This document shows positions 1-12,895 of a stretch of 64,000 nucleotides of DNA, piece after piece. Source of the stretch: Macrostomum hystrix. Taxonomy: Eukaryota; Animalia; Platyhelminthes. The stretch is taken from the NCBI GenBank assembly GCA_950097015.1, contig CATNEN010000038.1:5642001-5706000 (forward strand). The letters run 5' to 3'. The notes below the pieces were generated by a model, which was not told the DNA's origin, ran no database searches, and worked only from the letters and a program-made list of their open reading frames with translations. A program made the translations under genes and the position numbers. Position 1 is the stretch's first letter. Each line of letters begins with the position of its first letter.

Positions 1-546
1 GGGCAGTCACAGACACTGAGGGCAGTCACAGACACTGAGGGCATTCACAGACGCTGAGGGCATTCACAGACACTGAGGGCATTCACAGACACTGAGGGCA
101 TTCACAGACACTGAGGGCATTCACAGACACTGAGGGCAGTCACAGACACTGAGGGCATTCACAGACACTGAGGGGCATTCACAGACACTGAGGGCATTCA
201 CAGACGCTGAGGGCATTCACAGACACTGAGGGCATTCACAGACACTGAGGGGCATTCACAGACACTGAGGGCATTCACAGACACTGAGGGCAGTCACATA
301 CACTGAGGGCAGTCACAGACACTGAGGGCATTCACAGACACTGAGGGCATTCACAGACACTGAGGGCATTCACAGACACTGAGGGCATTCACAGACACTG
401 AGGGCATTCACAGACACTGAGGGCAGTCACAGACACTGAGGGCATTCACAGACACTGAGGGGCATTCACAGACACTGAGGGCATTCACAGACGCTGAGGG
501 CATTCACAGACACTGAGGGCATTCACAGACACTGAGGGCATTCACA
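1..546. repeat. 19-bp intronic minisatellite (GGGCATTCACAGACACTGA)n
   Basis: About 28 near-identical tandem copies, read directly; the array ends about 20 nt before the acceptor at 566-567. Confidence 0.97.
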
Positions 547-567
547 TTGCCTTACCTGAAACTTCAG

Positions 568-1714
568 GCAGTGTGGCTCACACAGTCCTGGCCCTGCTGG
601 CCAAGCTCTCGGCCACCTGCGCCTTTTCCATCATCGTCAACTACACCGCCGAGGTGTACCCGACCTCCATCCGCAACACCGGCATCTTCTTCTGCAGCGC
701 TATTGGCCGCTTGTCAGCCATTCTCGCTCCCTTCATCCTGTCGGTGAACAGCGGAGGCTCCTACGGCGCCAGAATGGCCGCCCCCATCGCCTTCGCCTGC
801 CTGGGCATCCTGGCCGGAGCGGCACTGTACTATTTGCCTGAGACCAAGGGCATCCCGCTGCCACAGACTGTGCGCGAGGCCAACACCATCACACCGTGAG
901 TTTATTGAGATCGCCCAGCGGAACCCAAAATCCTCCACTCCCTCAGCCTTCATTTCCTCAGCCTCCACTCCCTCAGCCTTCATTTCCTCAGCCTCCACTC
1001 CCTCAGCCTCCACTCCCTGAGTCACTTCCTCAAATGACACTCCCTGAGTCACTTCCACAGATGACACTCCCTGAGTCACTTCCACAGATGACACTCCCTG
1101 AGTCACTTCCACAGATGACACTTCCTGAGTCACTTCCTCAGATGACACTCCCTGAGTCCCTTCCACAGATGACACTCCCTGAGTCACTTCCACAGATGAC
1201 ACTCCCTGAGTCACTTCCACAGATGACACTCCCTGAGTCACTTCCACAGATGACACTCCCTGAGTCACTTCCACAGATGACACTCCCTGAGTCACTTCCT
1301 CAGCCTAATCCTACCGAAATCCTGAATACTGTCCAAACCGCACGTCCCTTACTCAGTGGCAAAGAGCCAGCTTTCATCAGTCTGGTTCAGAAGCGACGCC
1401 AAGAGATCGCTGTGTACTTCGTCGGCCGCGGCGAGACCGCCTCGGTGAGCTTCGCGAATGCGGACTTCGATCTGTCCAATCACCATCCGCGTCACGCCAC
1501 ATCCGACCAGCCGCAGGAGCGGCAGCATACTCCCGTCAGAATCGAAGGAGCTCCAGACGGCGAGACATCAACGGATGATTTTACAGCAGCCGCAGCCGCA
1601 GCAGCAGCAGCAGGCACTGTGAACAGTTCGCAGCCAGCATCAGAGGATGATGTACAAGTTGGCTTTGCGTCCAACAAATTCCTAATTGATCCCTACGAGG
1701 GACAAGACAGTTGA
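568..1714 (+). CDS. SLC22/organic cation transporter-like MFS protein, last two exons (568-895 and 1357- or 1381-1714); 5' part lies outside the window
   Basis: Motifs YTAEVYPTSIRNTG, GRLSAILAPF and LPETKGIPLPQT are typical SLC22 C-terminal signatures. Acceptor ttcag|568 and donor CC|GTGAGT at 896. Both candidate acceptors (1356, 1380) are phase 2 and continue in frame to TGA at 1714. Confidence 0.88.
930..1305. repeat. Intronic 15/30-bp and 27-bp (ACACTCCCTGAGTCACTTCCACAGATG) minisatellites
   Basis: Visible tandem copies inside the intron that starts at 896. Confidence 0.93.
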
Positions 1715-2717
1715 GCTCATAACTTGACCTTAGGTTAGATTCATTCATGTGCTGTACACATTCTGTGTGATATCGATATGCTTAACTATCTATAGGCTGG
1801 AGTGAAAATCAGTGCGGCTTTACGAGTCATGCTACTAAGCAGTGGTATCAATGGAATTACTTGTACTATTTTCAAAGAAGTCCAGCTTCTGCTTTGAGAG
1901 GCTAACTTTGAATTAGCTCTCAAAGCCATTATCGTTGTCTTTTTTTAACAGTAGGAATAAGCAGACTAAACATTCCTTAAATTAGTAGCTTATGAAAGTC
2001 ACTCCAGCAATGGAAGCCATTTTATTCCTTTTTTGCCAGATATTTCAGTTCATTTGAAAATTCGGAGGATACTATGCAGATAAAATTCTCTATACATTTT
2101 TATGGCACAGTTTTTATTCCTCACCTTATTAAACTGATTTTAAATTCGTGCCAGCCGATTCGAAGTCTTTCAATTTAAACAAAATCGTGACTTGTTAATA
2201 GGCTGTAAACTGTCACCCTGCCAGAACATGTGACCTCCTCTTACCTGCGTTTAATAATTCATCAAAAACAACTCTATTTTCATAACCCCAATTCACTGTT
2301 CAAGCAAAGAACTAAAACGACCACTACAATTGATGTAGGCAATGCTAAAAATACAAATTCGTTTACTTCCATTTCAGTTGTGTACCTGTTCTACGAGGTA
2401 TTGAATGGAAACACAAACATAGATCCATTATTAACTAATTTTATTAAGTCCAAACTAACACGATATTAAACGGAAATGTTTGTTACCTGCTTCCTCACAA
2501 ATAGGTTTTTTTACTGATGATTTGGCATCTACGAGCTCGTATAAAAGATAAAATTGCACCAGTTGCACAAAATAACAGATATATGCTCGTACATACTCTT
2601 TTATTGATAAACATGTACTATACCTACCATTTATACGAAATCTTATAAATATACTAAAGCGGATGCATCTAATCTACCTTCAAATGGATGAAAGTTTCAG
2701 GAACAAACTGAGGGACA

Positions 2718-3422
2718 GGGGATCAATATGAAGGATTTGGGTCTTTGGGATCAAAATGAAGGACTGGGGATCAATATGAAGGACTGGGGATCAATATGAA
2801 GGACTGAGGATCAATATGAAGGACTGGGGATCAATATGAAGGACTGGGGATCAATATGAAGAACTAGGGATCAATATGAAGGACTGGGGATCAATATGAA
2901 GGATTTGGGTCTTTGGGATCAAAATGAAGGACTGGGGATCAATATGAAGGACTGGGGATCAATATGAAGGACTGGGGATCAATATGAAGGATTTGGGTCT
3001 TTGGGATCAATATGAAGGACTGGGGATCAATATGAAGGACTGGGGATCAATATGAAGGACTGGGGATCAATATGAAGGACTGGGGATCAATATGAAGGAC
3101 TGGGGATCAATATGAAGGACTGGGGATCAATATGAAGAACTAGGGATCAATATGAAGGACTGGGGATCAATATGAAGGATTTGGGTCTTTGGGATCAAAA
3201 TGAAGGACTGGGGATCAATATGAAGGACTGGGGATCAATATGAAGGACTGGGGATCAATATGAAGGATTTGGGTCTTTGGGATCAATATGAAGGACTGGG
3301 GATCAATATGAAGGACTGGGGATCAATATGAAGGACTGGGGATCAATATGAAGGACTGGGGATCAATATGAAGGACTGGGGATCAATATGAAGGACTGGG
3401 GATCAATATGAAGGACTGGGGG
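2718..3422. repeat. 20-bp minisatellite (GGGATCAATATGAAGGACTG)n with periodic longer variant units
   Basis: Direct reading; the variant GGATTTGGGTCTTT recurs five times. Confidence 0.97.
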
Positions 3423-4411
3423 TCAGCATGGTATGACAGCTAGGTAAGACTTCACTTAATGCAGGGGTCAACTGAAGGACGTAAAGTAATTAGCGAAACA
3501 CGTCACGAGCGAATAGTTTAGTAATTGAAGTGGGACGGGCATCCGTGTTATTTTACTTTCTCTTCCACACGCAGAACAGCCTAATTTATGCGTCGCAGTT
3601 GACTTAAAAAGAGAGTTGAAACATTACAAGAATACAAGAGGAAACAAAGTGAAACAATTTACTTGAGTAAATGGTTTTTAGCTACTTTTGTACTCATTTC
3701 TGGGCTCTGGCTGTTGCATTCCGTTGAAATTAACCTAAACAATCTGATCCGACATTTAAGCAACGCAGTAAATAAACAGAATATATAAAAATAGGAGTAC
3801 TTCTAAGTACACCGACACGGACAAAAATAGTCAGTAACACAAATACTAAACCCCGAAAGGGCAAAATAATAATTTTAGTGCCAGCCGTGAGGCGGATGTC
3901 AATAGCGATTAGTGCTAGATTTGTCAGACGAGTCGATAGTGTGAAAACAAGTGATCAGCGCAGATAAGATTGGCACGATGACTAAAAAAGAACACGTCTT
4001 ACAATTTGGCAAGTAAGCGCCACGTTGAAAAACGTCCCTCGTGCGGGGGAACTGGGGTTGTCGGCCAAATGTACATTCAGTTTGGTCAGTTTAGGGTGGG
4101 CGGGAGTGGCCTGAATGTACACTGCAATTGGGACGGCCGAGTTCACGCGAACCTTAAAAATTCCTGCCCCCATACTAAACAGTGGCTTTAGCCAGATGCA
4201 CGTGACCCCCCCGCTATCGCGCCACTTCCTTCCTTTCCCCCAATCCGAACCTTTAGTAGGCTTGTTAAATATAAGTGATTCTTCAGTTTGGGAAGGACAC
4301 GATACGATACGACGGTGACGAAAATTGCTTTGCCCAATACATCCATCTAAATATAACTATAAAATCTAACTAAATATAATTTATTACAGTTCGTATTCAT
4401 AAAAATAAACC

Positions 4412-7400
4412 ATGGGTGGATCGATGAGCACACTGTCTAACAATCGCAGCAATTCGTATTGCCCGAAGGATAGCGCCTGCGGCTCCAATGATGTGTTGAA
4501 ATCGTCTGCAGACGTAAGTGTGTTGCATTGCCTAATTATTCAAGTCTGTTCACTGTTCTCCTTGCTTAGTTTCGCTAGTATCGTCGTTAGGATACCGTCT
4601 TCAATTTTACCTAGCTAATAAAATCAAAATGTTTACTACGGCCTAGATCTTATCTTACAATTACAATTGCTACTCAGGTTGTGTAAGCTCCTTTTAGTTG
4701 AAACAGTAAATAGTATTTTCTAAACACTAAACTTTCGAAATGTATTAAAGCAGCCATTCGTATGACTCATAATTTAAGACCGCTGGTAGTTTACAATGAG
4801 ATAAGATAAAGACTAGCAGACAAAAAACATTAAGAGCTTTAGTCTAGACTTTATATTTGGTTATATACTCGTACTTACAGCTACTGATAACAGCGAAACA
4901 AGTTAGAAAAAAATTCACGAAAGAAGGACAGGAAGAGGAAGAGAAGGAGAGTGACAAGAGGGGCAGAGGGAGAGTGACAAGGGGCAGAGGGAGTGACAAC
5001 AAGAGTGACAAGTGGTAGAGGGAGAGTGACAACAAGAGGGGCCGAGGGAGAGTGACAAGAAGAGGGGCAGAGGGAGAGTGACAACAAGAGTGACAAGTGG
5101 AAGAGGGAGTGACAACAAGAGTGACAAGTGGAAGAGGGAGTGACAACAAGAGTGACAAGTGGAAGAGGGAGTGACAACAATAGTGACAAGTGGCAGAGGG
5201 CGAATGACAACAAGAGGGGCAGAGAGAAGTTCGCGATGGTGGAGACTGACAAGGGACAAAACATAAAGCCCCTACTTTTGGCTATAACCAAGTCAAGTGC
5301 GGTTACAATCGCTGTGTTCTCCAGCAGGCGGACATCAGCGTGAATCCGCAGGCGGTCACGGACTCCGGCAAGCCGCAGTGCCCGTTCGCGGATGCCCGAA
5401 TTGCATTCGACCTGTTTGTGAGCGGTTGCAAGGCTGCCGGCGATGCGGGAGCTTGCCTCGGCACGCGACAGACGGCGCAGGCGCCCTATGTCTACAGTTC
5501 CTATGCTGAGGTGAGCCGCTGCTGCTGATTTAACCACATTTTGTTCTGTCGCTTCTTTGCGACCCCCTTCGGGACTTGTAATTGTATTTAGAACCTGTTG
5601 TTTTAAACATGATAACAGCTTCCATCAAACTTTTATGACTATCCACTTTGCTCACCCATTTCTGTTTTCACTAGCCTCTCCTACTCCTTTCCTCCCCTAT
5701 CTTCCCGCTCCTCCTCTCTCTCTTCCTCCTCTCCCCTCTTCCCTCTCCTCTCTTCCCACTCCTCTCTTCCCTCTCCTCTCTTCCCTCTCCTATCTTCACT
5801 TTGCTCCCCTCTCCTTTCCTTTGCGCTCCTATCCTCTCCTTTCCTCTCCTTTCCTCTCCTTTCCTTTCCTCTCCTTTCCTCTCCTTTCCTCTCCTTTCCT
5901 TTCCTTTGCTCTCCTCTCCTTTCCTCTCCTTTGCTCTCCTCTCCTTTCCTCTCCTCTCCTATCCTCTCCTATCCTCTCCTTTCCTCTCCTTTCCTTTCCT
6001 CTCCTTTCCTCTCCTTTCCTCTCCTCTCCTTTCCTCTCCTATCCTCTCCTTTCCTCTCCTTTCCTCTCCTCTCCTTTCCTCTCCTTTCCTCTCCTTTCCT
6101 CTCCTATCCTCTCCTTTCCTCTCCTATCCTCTCCTTTCCTCTCCTTTCCTCTCCTATCCTCTCCTTTCCTCTCCTCTCCTTTCCTCTCCTTTCCTCTCCT
6201 TTCCTCTCCTATCCTCTCCTTTCCTCTCCTATCCTCTCCTTTCCTCTCCTTTCCTCTCCTATCCTCTCCTTTCCTCTCCTCTCCTTTCCTCTCCTTTCCT
6301 CTCCTTTCCTCTCCTATCCTCTCCTTTCCTCTCCTTTCCTCTCCTATCCTCTCCTTTCCTCTCCTTTCCTCTCCTTTCCTCTCCTTTCCTCTCCTCTCCT
6401 TTCCTCTCCTTTCCTCTCCTTTCCTCTCCTTTCCTCTCCTTTCCTCTCCTTTCCTCTCCTTTCCTCTCCTATCCTCTCCTTTCCTCTCCTTTCCTCTCCT
6501 ATCCTTTCCTCTCCTATCCTCTCCTTTCCTCTCCTATCCTCTCCTTTCCTCTCCTTTCCTCTCCTATCCTCTCCTTTCCTCTCCTATCCTCTCCTTTCCT
6601 CTCCTTTCGACCTCTCCTTTCCTTTCCTTTGCTCTCCTCTCCTTTCCTCTCCTCTTCTTAAATAAAAATACAGTCCATCAAACAAACTGGTAAGATAATT
6701 CGCAAGCTGGGCTAATTGATAAATAGCTAGAAATATTATAGCCAGATGCTCGTTAGTTCTGTCAATCACAATCCATCTGGAAGGTCGCCATGTTTTTTTT
6801 CACCAGACCCTCAGCGAGGTTCGTGCCCTGTCCACCTACCTGAAATCATCGCTTGGCCTGGCCAAGGGCGACTTCGTTGGCACCCTGTCCGGTAACTGCG
6901 CCAGCCTGGTGGTGTTGGAGCTGGCCTGCTACTCATTGGGCCTGGTCATTGTGCCGCTGTACGACACGTTGGGCCGGGAGGCCTGTGGCCACATTTTGCA
7001 GGTTTGCTGGCATTGCGGCAATTCCAAATCCTCTAACCCGTTCCCAAATCCTTCAATCCAAACCCAAGTACCCAAATTTTGGTCTCGAATCCTCCTAATC
7101 CAGCTCGAAGCCTTTTTATTGAATTCGAAGTCCTATTCTAATACAATAATGATAATTGCAGGAGGGCTGTGAGCAATGGCACATCATAATGTAGTGACAG
7201 TAGACCCGCAACCAGCGAGGAGGCGATTCTGCCCATTTATCTAAAGCACACACGCACACAGGTGTGTACATATTCCCTGACTTTCTCATCGCCAGGCAGT
7301 GTGCACTTCACTGTGCCTTGGAGGTTGGCCCTCAACGGCTTGAATTTGCACGACAACCCCTCAAAGCATTCTCACTCCGGCTGCGCGCTAAATCCCTAAA

Positions 7401-7706
7401 TGAATGTGGCCTCGCCGCGAAATCGAGTTCAGGGATATTGCCTCTCAGCGAGAGGCAAACGCCTAACTGCTCTGCCAATCACCCGCTTTTGAAATCCGAA
7501 ATCCAAAATAGCTTAATTTACTCCCCAATCCAGGAAACCAGTCTCAGTGTGGTTTTCTGTCGCTCCAGCAAACAGGCTGCCACGGTTGCTGAGTTGGCCG
7601 CTGAGCAGGGCTCCGCCGACCGCATGCGCCTGATTTTGGCCGAGCCGACAGACGATAATATTGGCGAGAGCTATGCTAGTGCGGTTGCTAAGGGCCGAGA
7701 ACTGCT

Positions 7707-7740
<34 letters not shown>

Positions 7741-10700
7741 CTAAGCGGTGATGATAGCGATACACCTGAGCCAACTGACCTAGCCGTGATCTGCTACACC
7801 AGTGGAACAACGGGTCAGTTTTAAACACCTCGTGTGACACTTCGATGAACGTCCGCGTGGATTTTTTAATCGGGCTAATTGACTTAATAATTCCCTAGTC
7901 CACGTCAATAAAAAGAATTTATTTCATTTTCTGTTATTTACTTTTTCTGTACCCAGGCCGACCCAAGGGAGTCATGCTGACCAATCAGAATCTTGTTAAT
8001 GGTGTGCTTCTGGTCACTGACACCATTCAAGAAGACATCTACAAGGTGAGGTTCCAGTGGTCTACTGTCACCAATGTCAGTGTTCCACTCTACTGTCACT
8101 GTACAATCACACAACTGTCACTGTACAATCACACAACTGTCACTGTACAATCACTCAACTGTCACTGTACAATCACACAACTGTCACTGTACAATCACTC
8201 AACTGTCACTGTACAATCACTCAACTGTCACTGTACAATCACTCAACTGTCACTGTACAATCACTCAACTGTCACTGTACAATCACTCAACTGTCACTGT
8301 ACAATCACTCAACTGTCACTGTACAATCACTCAACTGTCACTGTACTCTAGCTTCACTCTGCCATCACTCTAGCTTCACTCTGCCATCAACCTAGCTTCA
8401 CTCTGCCATCAACCTAGCTTCACTCTGCCATCACTCTAGCTTCACTCTGCCATCACCCTAGCTTCACTCTGCCATCACCCTAGCTTCACTCTGCCATCAC
8501 CCTAGCTTCACTCTGCCATCACCCTAGCTTCACTCTGCCATCACCCTAGCTTCACTCTGCCATCACTCTAGCTTCACTCTGCCATCACCCTAGCTTCACT
8601 CTGCCATCACCCTAGCTTCACTCTGCCATCACCCTAGCTTCACTCTGCCATCACCCTAGCTTCACTCTGTCATCACCCTAGCTTCACCCTGCCATCACTC
8701 TAGCTTCACTCTGTCATCGCCCTAGCTTCACTCTGCCATCACCCTAGCTTCACTCTGCCATCGCCCTAGCTTCACTCTGCCATCGCCCTAGCTTCACTCT
8801 GCCATCGCCCTAGCTTCACTCTGCCTCCTACACTTGCAGAATCCTGTGGTGCTGAACAGCTCGGATTCTTACTTCAGCTACCTGCCCATGGCGCACATCC
8901 TTGAACGCATGTGCCAGCTGTTCGCATTCGCTCACGGCCTCTCTATCGGCTTTTTTCGCGGCGATCGTGCCGGCCTGATGGACGACTTGCGCGAGTGTCG
9001 GCCTACCTTCTTGTCCACGGTGCCCAAGGTGCGTCCGACTGATTCCATTGCTAGTTTTCTTGTTCAATGGTAAATAATTATTTAGCCAGGTGCATTGAAG
9101 ATATGAAAAAATACGTGATTTAATCAAGATCCGTTGGGTAAGCTTAGAACAAATTATTAGTTTCATAGTAATAAGACAGACTGGTAGCTTAAGTAGATAG
9201 ACAGCTTGGTTAAGTAGGCAAACTGCTTTAGTAGACAAACAGGTAGGTTAAGTGACAGACAAGTACTCGTAGGTTAAGTAGACACACGCAGGCAGATTAA
9301 GTAGATAGACAGGTACTTCGAGTAGACAGGTAGGGTAATTTACCATACTGGTAGATTACAGAGAAGACAGAAAGACAAGTATCCAGATAGGTTTGTTAAG
9401 TAGACCGACAGCTAGGTCAATTAGAAAGACGGGTAGTTCAGCTAGACAGAGAGGTATGTTAGGTGGACAGACAGGTAAGGTCAGGTAGACAGACAGCTCA
9501 GATATACAGAAATGTAGGTCAGGTAGACAGACCGGCAGGTCAGATAGACACACAGGTAGGTCTGGTAGAGAGACAGTAGGTCAGGTAGACAGATAGGTAG
9601 GTCAGGTAGACAGACCGGCAGGTCAGATAGACACACAGGTAGGTCTGGTAGAGAGACAGTAGGTCAGGTAGACAGATAGTTAGGTCAGGTAGGCTGACTG
9701 TTAGGTCAGGCAGATAGACAGTTAGGTCAAGTAGACAGACAGGTATATCAGGTAGACACAGGTGCAGTTCAGTTAGACACATGTAGGTCAGACAGCTCAT
9801 AGCATTCAAACCGGCCGTCACGCAGGTGCTCAGCCGCATCCGTGAGCGAGCCCTGACGGCGGTGTCCGGCAGCCGGCTGAAGTCGGCCATCCTGAACACG
9901 GCCCTGAACCGCAAGAGTCGACGGCTGTCCAGCATGCACTTGGAGCGGAACAGCCTCTGGGATCGGCTAGTGTTTCGCCGAGTGCAGGATGGCCTCGGTG
10001 GCCGCGTTCGCTTCGTGGCAGTCGGCGGTGCGCCCATCTCGGCTGACACTCTGCAGTTTGTCAAGGCCGCTCTGGGCTGCCCCATCGTGCAGGTGAGCGA
10101 AAGGTTCTGACTGCTTTCTAGAACCACTCTACTGTCACTCTACTGTCACACAGTTGTCACTCTACTGTCACACAGTTGTCAGTCCACTGCCACACAGTTG
10201 TCACTCTACTGTCACACAGTTGTCACACGATTTTCACTCTTTGATCGCTCTCGCTATCATCCGGCCGTCACTCCACCGTCACCGCCGCCACCGCCAGGGC
10301 TTCGGCCAGACGGAGACCTGCGGCCTCGGCCTCTGCCAGCGTCCTGGCGATCCGGCCAGCAACCACACCGGCTGGGCAATGCGCGGAGTCGAAGTCCGCC
10401 TGGCCGACGCGCCCGAAGCCGACTGTCCTAATGCGGCAGCCGAGGGTCGCGGCGAGCTGTGCATTCGCGGCCCGACCTGCTTCGCCGGTTACTACAAGCA
10501 GCCCGACCGCACAGCCGAGGCTCTGGACTCTGACGGCTGGGTTCACACCGGGGACATTGCCCAGCTGCTGCCTGGTGGCGCCTATCGCATTGTGGACCGG
10601 GTCAAGCACCTGTTCAAACTGGCTCAGGGAGAGTACATCGCTCCGGAGAAGATCGAGCTGGCCTACTGCCTCTACCCGGCTGTTGACCAGGTCTTTGTCG

Positions 10701-11509
10701 ACGGCCGCAGCGAGCGCTCCTGCCTTCTGGGCATTGTGGTGCCGACGCTGGACGCAGCCAAGGCTTGGCTGGCCAAGAATCCGACGGACATTGCGGCTGG
10801 AGGATCTGCCAGCACGCTGTCGGCGAAGGATGCGATGCAGGCCGCCTGCGGTAGCACCGGATTTAAAGCTCACCTGCTGGCAGAACTGCAGCTGCTTGGC
10901 AGACAGAAGGGACTGCAGAGCTTCGAACAGGTAGCTAGCGATTTTTCATCTGGGATGTCTTATTTATAATTGCGATTTTTAATTTATAATTGGGATTACT
11001 CATTTATAATCAAGATTTAATATTTACAATTGGGATTATAGATTTTTTATTAGCATTTATTACTTTTAATTGGGATTTTATTGTTTATAATTATGATTTC
11101 CTAATCATAGTTGTTGGGACTTGTTATTCCTGATTAAAACTACTTTTTCGCCATTTTTATTTCCAACTAGGATTTGAAATGCCGCATCAGCTCAGTATTG
11201 GGAATCCCTTATAGCAAAATTTCTTAGATAGGATTTCCATTATTTCTAATGTTCGTATTTTAAATAGGGATTTCAAGTTTAGTTCTATTGAGGATCAATA
11301 TTCCTTATCTAGGATTAGGATCAAAGCCAGATTAGGAATTCACTTTGCTATTTCGTTGAACTCCGCAGGTGAAGACCATCCAGCTGCACCCGGAGCCGTT
11401 CAGCGCCGAGAACGACCTGATGACGCCGACACTGAAGCTGAAGCGGCCGCAGTTGCGCAAGAAATTCGCCGAAGCCTTCGACGCGATGTACGCCGAAGTT
11501 GAGCCCTGA
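4412..11509 (+). CDS. ACSL: Long-chain fatty acyl-CoA synthetase (ACSL1/5/6-like), about 693 aa; exons 4412-4513, 5325-5510, 6807-7001, 7534-7813, 7957-8045, 8840-9028, 9826-10092, 10298-10930, 11369-11509
   Basis: Motifs VPLYDTLG, YTSGTTGRPKG (P-loop, split by an intron), YLPMAHILER, GFGQTE, GWVHTGD, DRVKHLFKLAQGEYIAPEKIE and LMTPTLKLKR. All introns are GT-AG with matching phases and the exons total 2082 nt. Exon 1 is the least certain. Confidence 0.93.
4940..5230. repeat. Purine-rich ~30-bp degenerate minisatellite (GAGTGACAACAAGAGTGACAAGTGGAAGAGG) in ACSL intron 1
   Basis: Direct reading. Confidence 0.88.
5675..6659. repeat. ~1-kb polypyrimidine (CTCCT/TTCCT/ATCCT)n pentamer satellite in ACSL intron 2
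   Basis: Almost pure C/T on the + strand with 5-bp periodicity. Confidence 0.97.
7141..7487 (-). mobile_element. tRNA-headed SINE family B, copy in ACSL intron 3
   Basis: Homologous to 26788-27121 (+), 44945-45392 (-) and 51230-51480 (+). Shared blocks include GCGAGGAGGC.ATTCTGC and GTGTGTACA..TG.CCTGACTTTCTCATCG, plus a degenerate A/B-box head and an (AAT)-type tail. Confidence 0.75.
8090..8825. repeat. Two adjacent 22-bp minisatellites in ACSL intron 5: (CTGTCACTGTACAATCACTCAA)n then (GCTTCACTCTGCCATCACCCTA)n
   Basis: Direct reading; the unit switches at about 8346. Confidence 0.95.
9175..9795. repeat. Degenerate ~21-bp minisatellite (GTAGGTCAGGTAGACAGACAG) in ACSL intron 6
   Basis: Recurring GGTAGACAGACAG/GGTCAGGTAG cores. 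Confidence 0.8.
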
Positions 11510-11599
11510 GTGTGCTCAAATGAGCTCAACTTATCAACTTGGTTTAGGATGACTGTTGCTGTAGCTGTACTCTGGAATGGCAGTTTTTTAGCATTTTTA

Positions 11600-12305
11600 A
11601 CAGTTAAAAAGCCACGAGGGATATTTCAAATACCCGCTGCCTACTTCACGATAGCCTTCCGACGTCAGCATCTTCGAGTTATTCAGCGATTCTTGGCGAA
11701 GGCCCTGGTGACAAGGACAACTGACATTGCTCGGTCTATTGCGAATCCATATTGGTTAATCAATAATAATAATAATAATTGATTACACCATGCCCCAATT
11801 GGGCCAGATGTGCAGCCGACAGCACAGCCGCAGCTATTGCGCGGCGCATCTGAAGGCTGCCTACGGCTGTTCAGTCCATGGACTGGGGGACGCCACACCC
11901 ACCCTCAATTATCCCAGCTGATGCTGGTACCCATTTAACAGCTGGGTGAACTGAAGCAATGCAGAGTCAAGTGTCTTGCTAAACAACACAAATTGTTTCA
12001 GTGGAGTCGGGAATCGAACCCCCGACCTTCAAGTCGTGAGTCCGACGCCCTAACCACTAGGCTACAACCTCTTTGGTTCAATAATAAAACTATTAACTAT
12101 GATTTTTGCAACCAGACAATCCGACGGCGACGAGAATCGTTGAATATCTCGGCGATGCCGATGTGCTTTGATTCTGGAAGTTGTTTCATCGGATAGAGCG
12201 GAATATTTTAGTCCATGTTCTGCACTTTCATGGCATGGCGATGGGTTGAATATTTTAAGAGATAAAAAATGAAAAATGTGGGTATTTGAGATACCTCCGT
12301 GGTAA
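11600..12305. mobile_element. MITE-like non-autonomous DNA element with terminal and subterminal inverted repeats, interrupted by a SINE
   Basis: Left CCACGAGGGATATTTCAAATACC pairs with right GGTATTTGAGATACCTCCGTGG; inner CGAGTTATTCAGCGATTCTTG pairs with CGAGAATCGTTGAATATCTCG. Related copies lie at about 47050-47225 and 52040-52575. Confidence 0.7.
11762..12071 (-). mobile_element. tRNA-derived CORE-type SINE (family A), full length with (ATT)n tail
   Basis: The minus strand reads A box TAGCCTAGTGG, B box GGTTCGATTCC, then AGCAAGACACTTGACTCTGCATTGCTTCAGTTCACCCAGCTGTTAAATGGG, which resembles the MIR/CORE domain. Partial copies occur at about 15365-15585, 48915-49085 and 61530-61620. Confidence 0.85.
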
Positions 12306-12544
12306 CCAAGACAAATTTACAGTTTTGTTAATCTTGCAGAAAAAACTGCCATTGAATTCCCCACATCAAAGCCATCATTAGTTAGTCTGTCATCTGTTTG
12401 CTAACCGGTTTTGTTTCTAAGTTTGCTTGTACTATTTTTGTGCCCTATTTATCGGACATTGCCGAGGCCCTGATTGAGCATTTATGATCAATTCGCGTTT
12501 GTAGAAGTCCTTGATCCTTAATCCAGGTTGAGTCCACTGAGGGT

Positions 12545-12678
12545 TTTCTACCATAGACTAGGACTTCCTACTTCCATAGCTGTTCAGTTTCTACCATAGA
12601 CTAGGACTTCCTACTTCCATAGCTGTTCAGTTTCTACCATAGATTAGGACTTCCTGCTTCCATAGCTGTTCAGTTTCT
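12545..12678. repeat. Three tandem copies of a ~43-bp unit (TTTCTACCATAGACTAGGACTTCCTACTTCCATAGCTGTTCAG)
   Basis: Direct reading. Confidence 0.9.
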
Positions 12679-12895
12679 CTGAAACACTCGAGGCTCGAGT
12701 TATGCCCGCTTGTTATTCTGAACAACAATAACATTAAATTAATAATTTAACAATGCTGCAATATTTTGGATTTATTCAGTCGAACAGAAGCTTGCCAATA
12801 TTGCAATATTGACTTTCGTCGATAAACGGTTGAACAACTGCACCGACTTTAGGTCGACTTTCTTCACTTTATTTAATTTCCTCTGCATAATCTCC

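Noticed and set aside
896-1356. ORF 896-1714 (PESLPQMTL repeats) as a separate protein
   Set aside because: Its GTG start is the intron donor and the repeats are intronic; only the 3' part is the transporter's last exon.
5557-6693. Long L/S/P/F ORFs
   Set aside because: Stop-free translations of a C/T-only intronic satellite.
11998-12071. Functional tRNA gene
   Set aside because: A and B boxes are present, but the acceptor stem is poor and the sequence continues into a SINE body and tail found in other copies.
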